Positions 63,133 to 64,000 of a DNA stretch of 64,000 bases are shown one piece after another; the stretch's first letter is position 1, and every line of letters starts with the position of its first letter. The translations under genes were made by a program, and so were the position numbers. The DNA is from Lama glama (lineage: Eukaryota): positions 36,890,001-36,954,000 of the forward strand of contig CM052837.1 in the NCBI GenBank assembly GCA_028534125.1. The letters are read 5' to 3'. The notes under the pieces are model-generated. The model worked only from the letters and a program-made list of their open reading frames with translations. It did no database searches and was not told the origin of the DNA.

Positions 63133-63359
63133 GGGCTGGGGGAGCTGGGGGGGCTGGGGAGCTGGGAGGGCTGGGGGGGCTGGGGAGCTGGGAGGGCTGG
63201 GGGAGCTGGGGGAGCTGGGGGGCTGGGGAGCTGGGAGGGCTGGGGAGCTGGGAGGGCTGGGGGAGCTGGGGGGGCTGGGGGGCTGGGGAGCTGGGAGGGC
63301 TGGGGGAGCTGGGGAGCTGGGAGGGCTGGGGGAGCTGGGGGGGCTGGGGGGCTGGGAGG
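63133..63359. repeat. G-rich 8-9 bp minisatellite (GGGGAGCTG / GGGGGGCTG / GGAGGGCTG), 26 units
   Basis: Counted 26 GCTG cores separated by G runs. Confidence 0.95.
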
Positions 63360-63524
63360 CGAGGCCCTTCCCGGGAGGAGGAAGCCTGTGACACCTGCTC
63401 CCTGCGCCGTCACACCCAGCGGGACCCCTCCCCTCGTTTGGCCCTTCTCCTCCCATCTCGTGCTTCCACTCCTGCCTGTGACAGAACCAGGCACCTCCCC
63501 TCGGAGCAGCTCTAGCAGGCCGGG

Positions 63525-63749
63525 TCTGATGCTGGCGTCCTCACACGGTCATCCCTCCGCGTCTGTCTGTGTCCTAATCACCTCTTCTTATAAGGATACA
63601 GTCAGGTTGGATCAGGGCCCAACCTAAGGACCTCATTTTAACTTAGTCACCCCTGTAAAGGCCCTATTTCCAAATGCAGTCGCATCCTGAGGTCCTGGGG
63701 GTTAGGACTTCGACATATGAATTTGGGGAACATAGTTCAACTCTAACAG
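63525..63749 (-). mobile_element. MaLR LTR (MLT1B-like)
   Basis: TGTGTCCTAATCACCTCTTCTTATAAGGA...CCTCATTTTAACTT...CTGAGGTCCTGGGGGTTAGGACTTCGACATATGAATTTGGGG...TAACA. Confidence 0.8.
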
Positions 63750-64000
63750 TGTGGCTCCCCTGCTTCCACCTGCCCTGAGCCCAGGAGAGGCTGCCCTGGA
63801 GACCACAGTGGATGCTGGGGGCCACTCAGACCCCCAGAGGGAGGCCCTGCCCCCGCCTCAGCTGGGACAACCCCAAAGGCCATCAGGCCCCAGAGCTCCC
63901 CGAGGGGCGATGGAGGGCCCTGTGGGGACCACACTGCACCCCACGTCCTCCCTGCCCTGTCCTGCCCCCCAGGCTGGTGCCGAGACACCCCCACCTTGTG

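Noticed and set aside
62796-63627. Gly/Pro-repeat ORFs (GELGGLGSWEG..., PAPPALPAPQ...) and a possible CRISPR-like or Ig switch locus
   Set aside because: They are translations of a minisatellite. There are no unique spacers, cas genes or Ig constant exons.

Overview
Mammalian (very probably camelid, from a Vic-1-type SINE at ~49.2 kb) GC-rich genomic window syntenic with human 20q13.33. It holds the 5' half of DIDO1 on the minus strand: two CpG-island first exons, non-coding exon 2 and coding exons 3-6 with the PHD finger, plus the intron-6 region where short isoforms terminate; exon 7 onward is left of the window. It also holds the complete GID8/TWA1 gene on the plus strand (228 aa, head-to-head with DIDO1 on a bidirectional promoter) and the complete 13-exon SLC17A9/VNUT gene on the plus strand (436 aa). 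All coding exon boundaries were derived from GT-AG sites and are phase-consistent. The rest is intron/intergenic DNA with old repeats (Charlie1, Tigger2, MER96B, MLT1, a solo ERV LTR, L1 fragments) and microsatellites. There is no prokaryote-type system, CRISPR or RNA gene, and nearly all supplied six-frame ORFs are GC-content artefacts. The most interesting signals are regulatory: (i) both divergent first exons end in the same fused splice-donor/YY1 11-mer GGTAAGATGGC; (ii) a compact isoform switch in DIDO1 intron 6 (read-through tail, alternative acceptor / 6-nt microexon overlapping the stop, poison-exon candidates, poly(A) signal); (iii) a reconstituted 5' splice site at the DIDO1 start-codon exon; (iv) a candidate RFX X-box-driven third DIDO1 promoter; (v) a homeodomain-palindrome-rich enhancer candidate and an Ig-switch-like G-rich VNTR at the right end. 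Comparisons with human/mouse sequences and repeat consensuses are from memory and need alignment.
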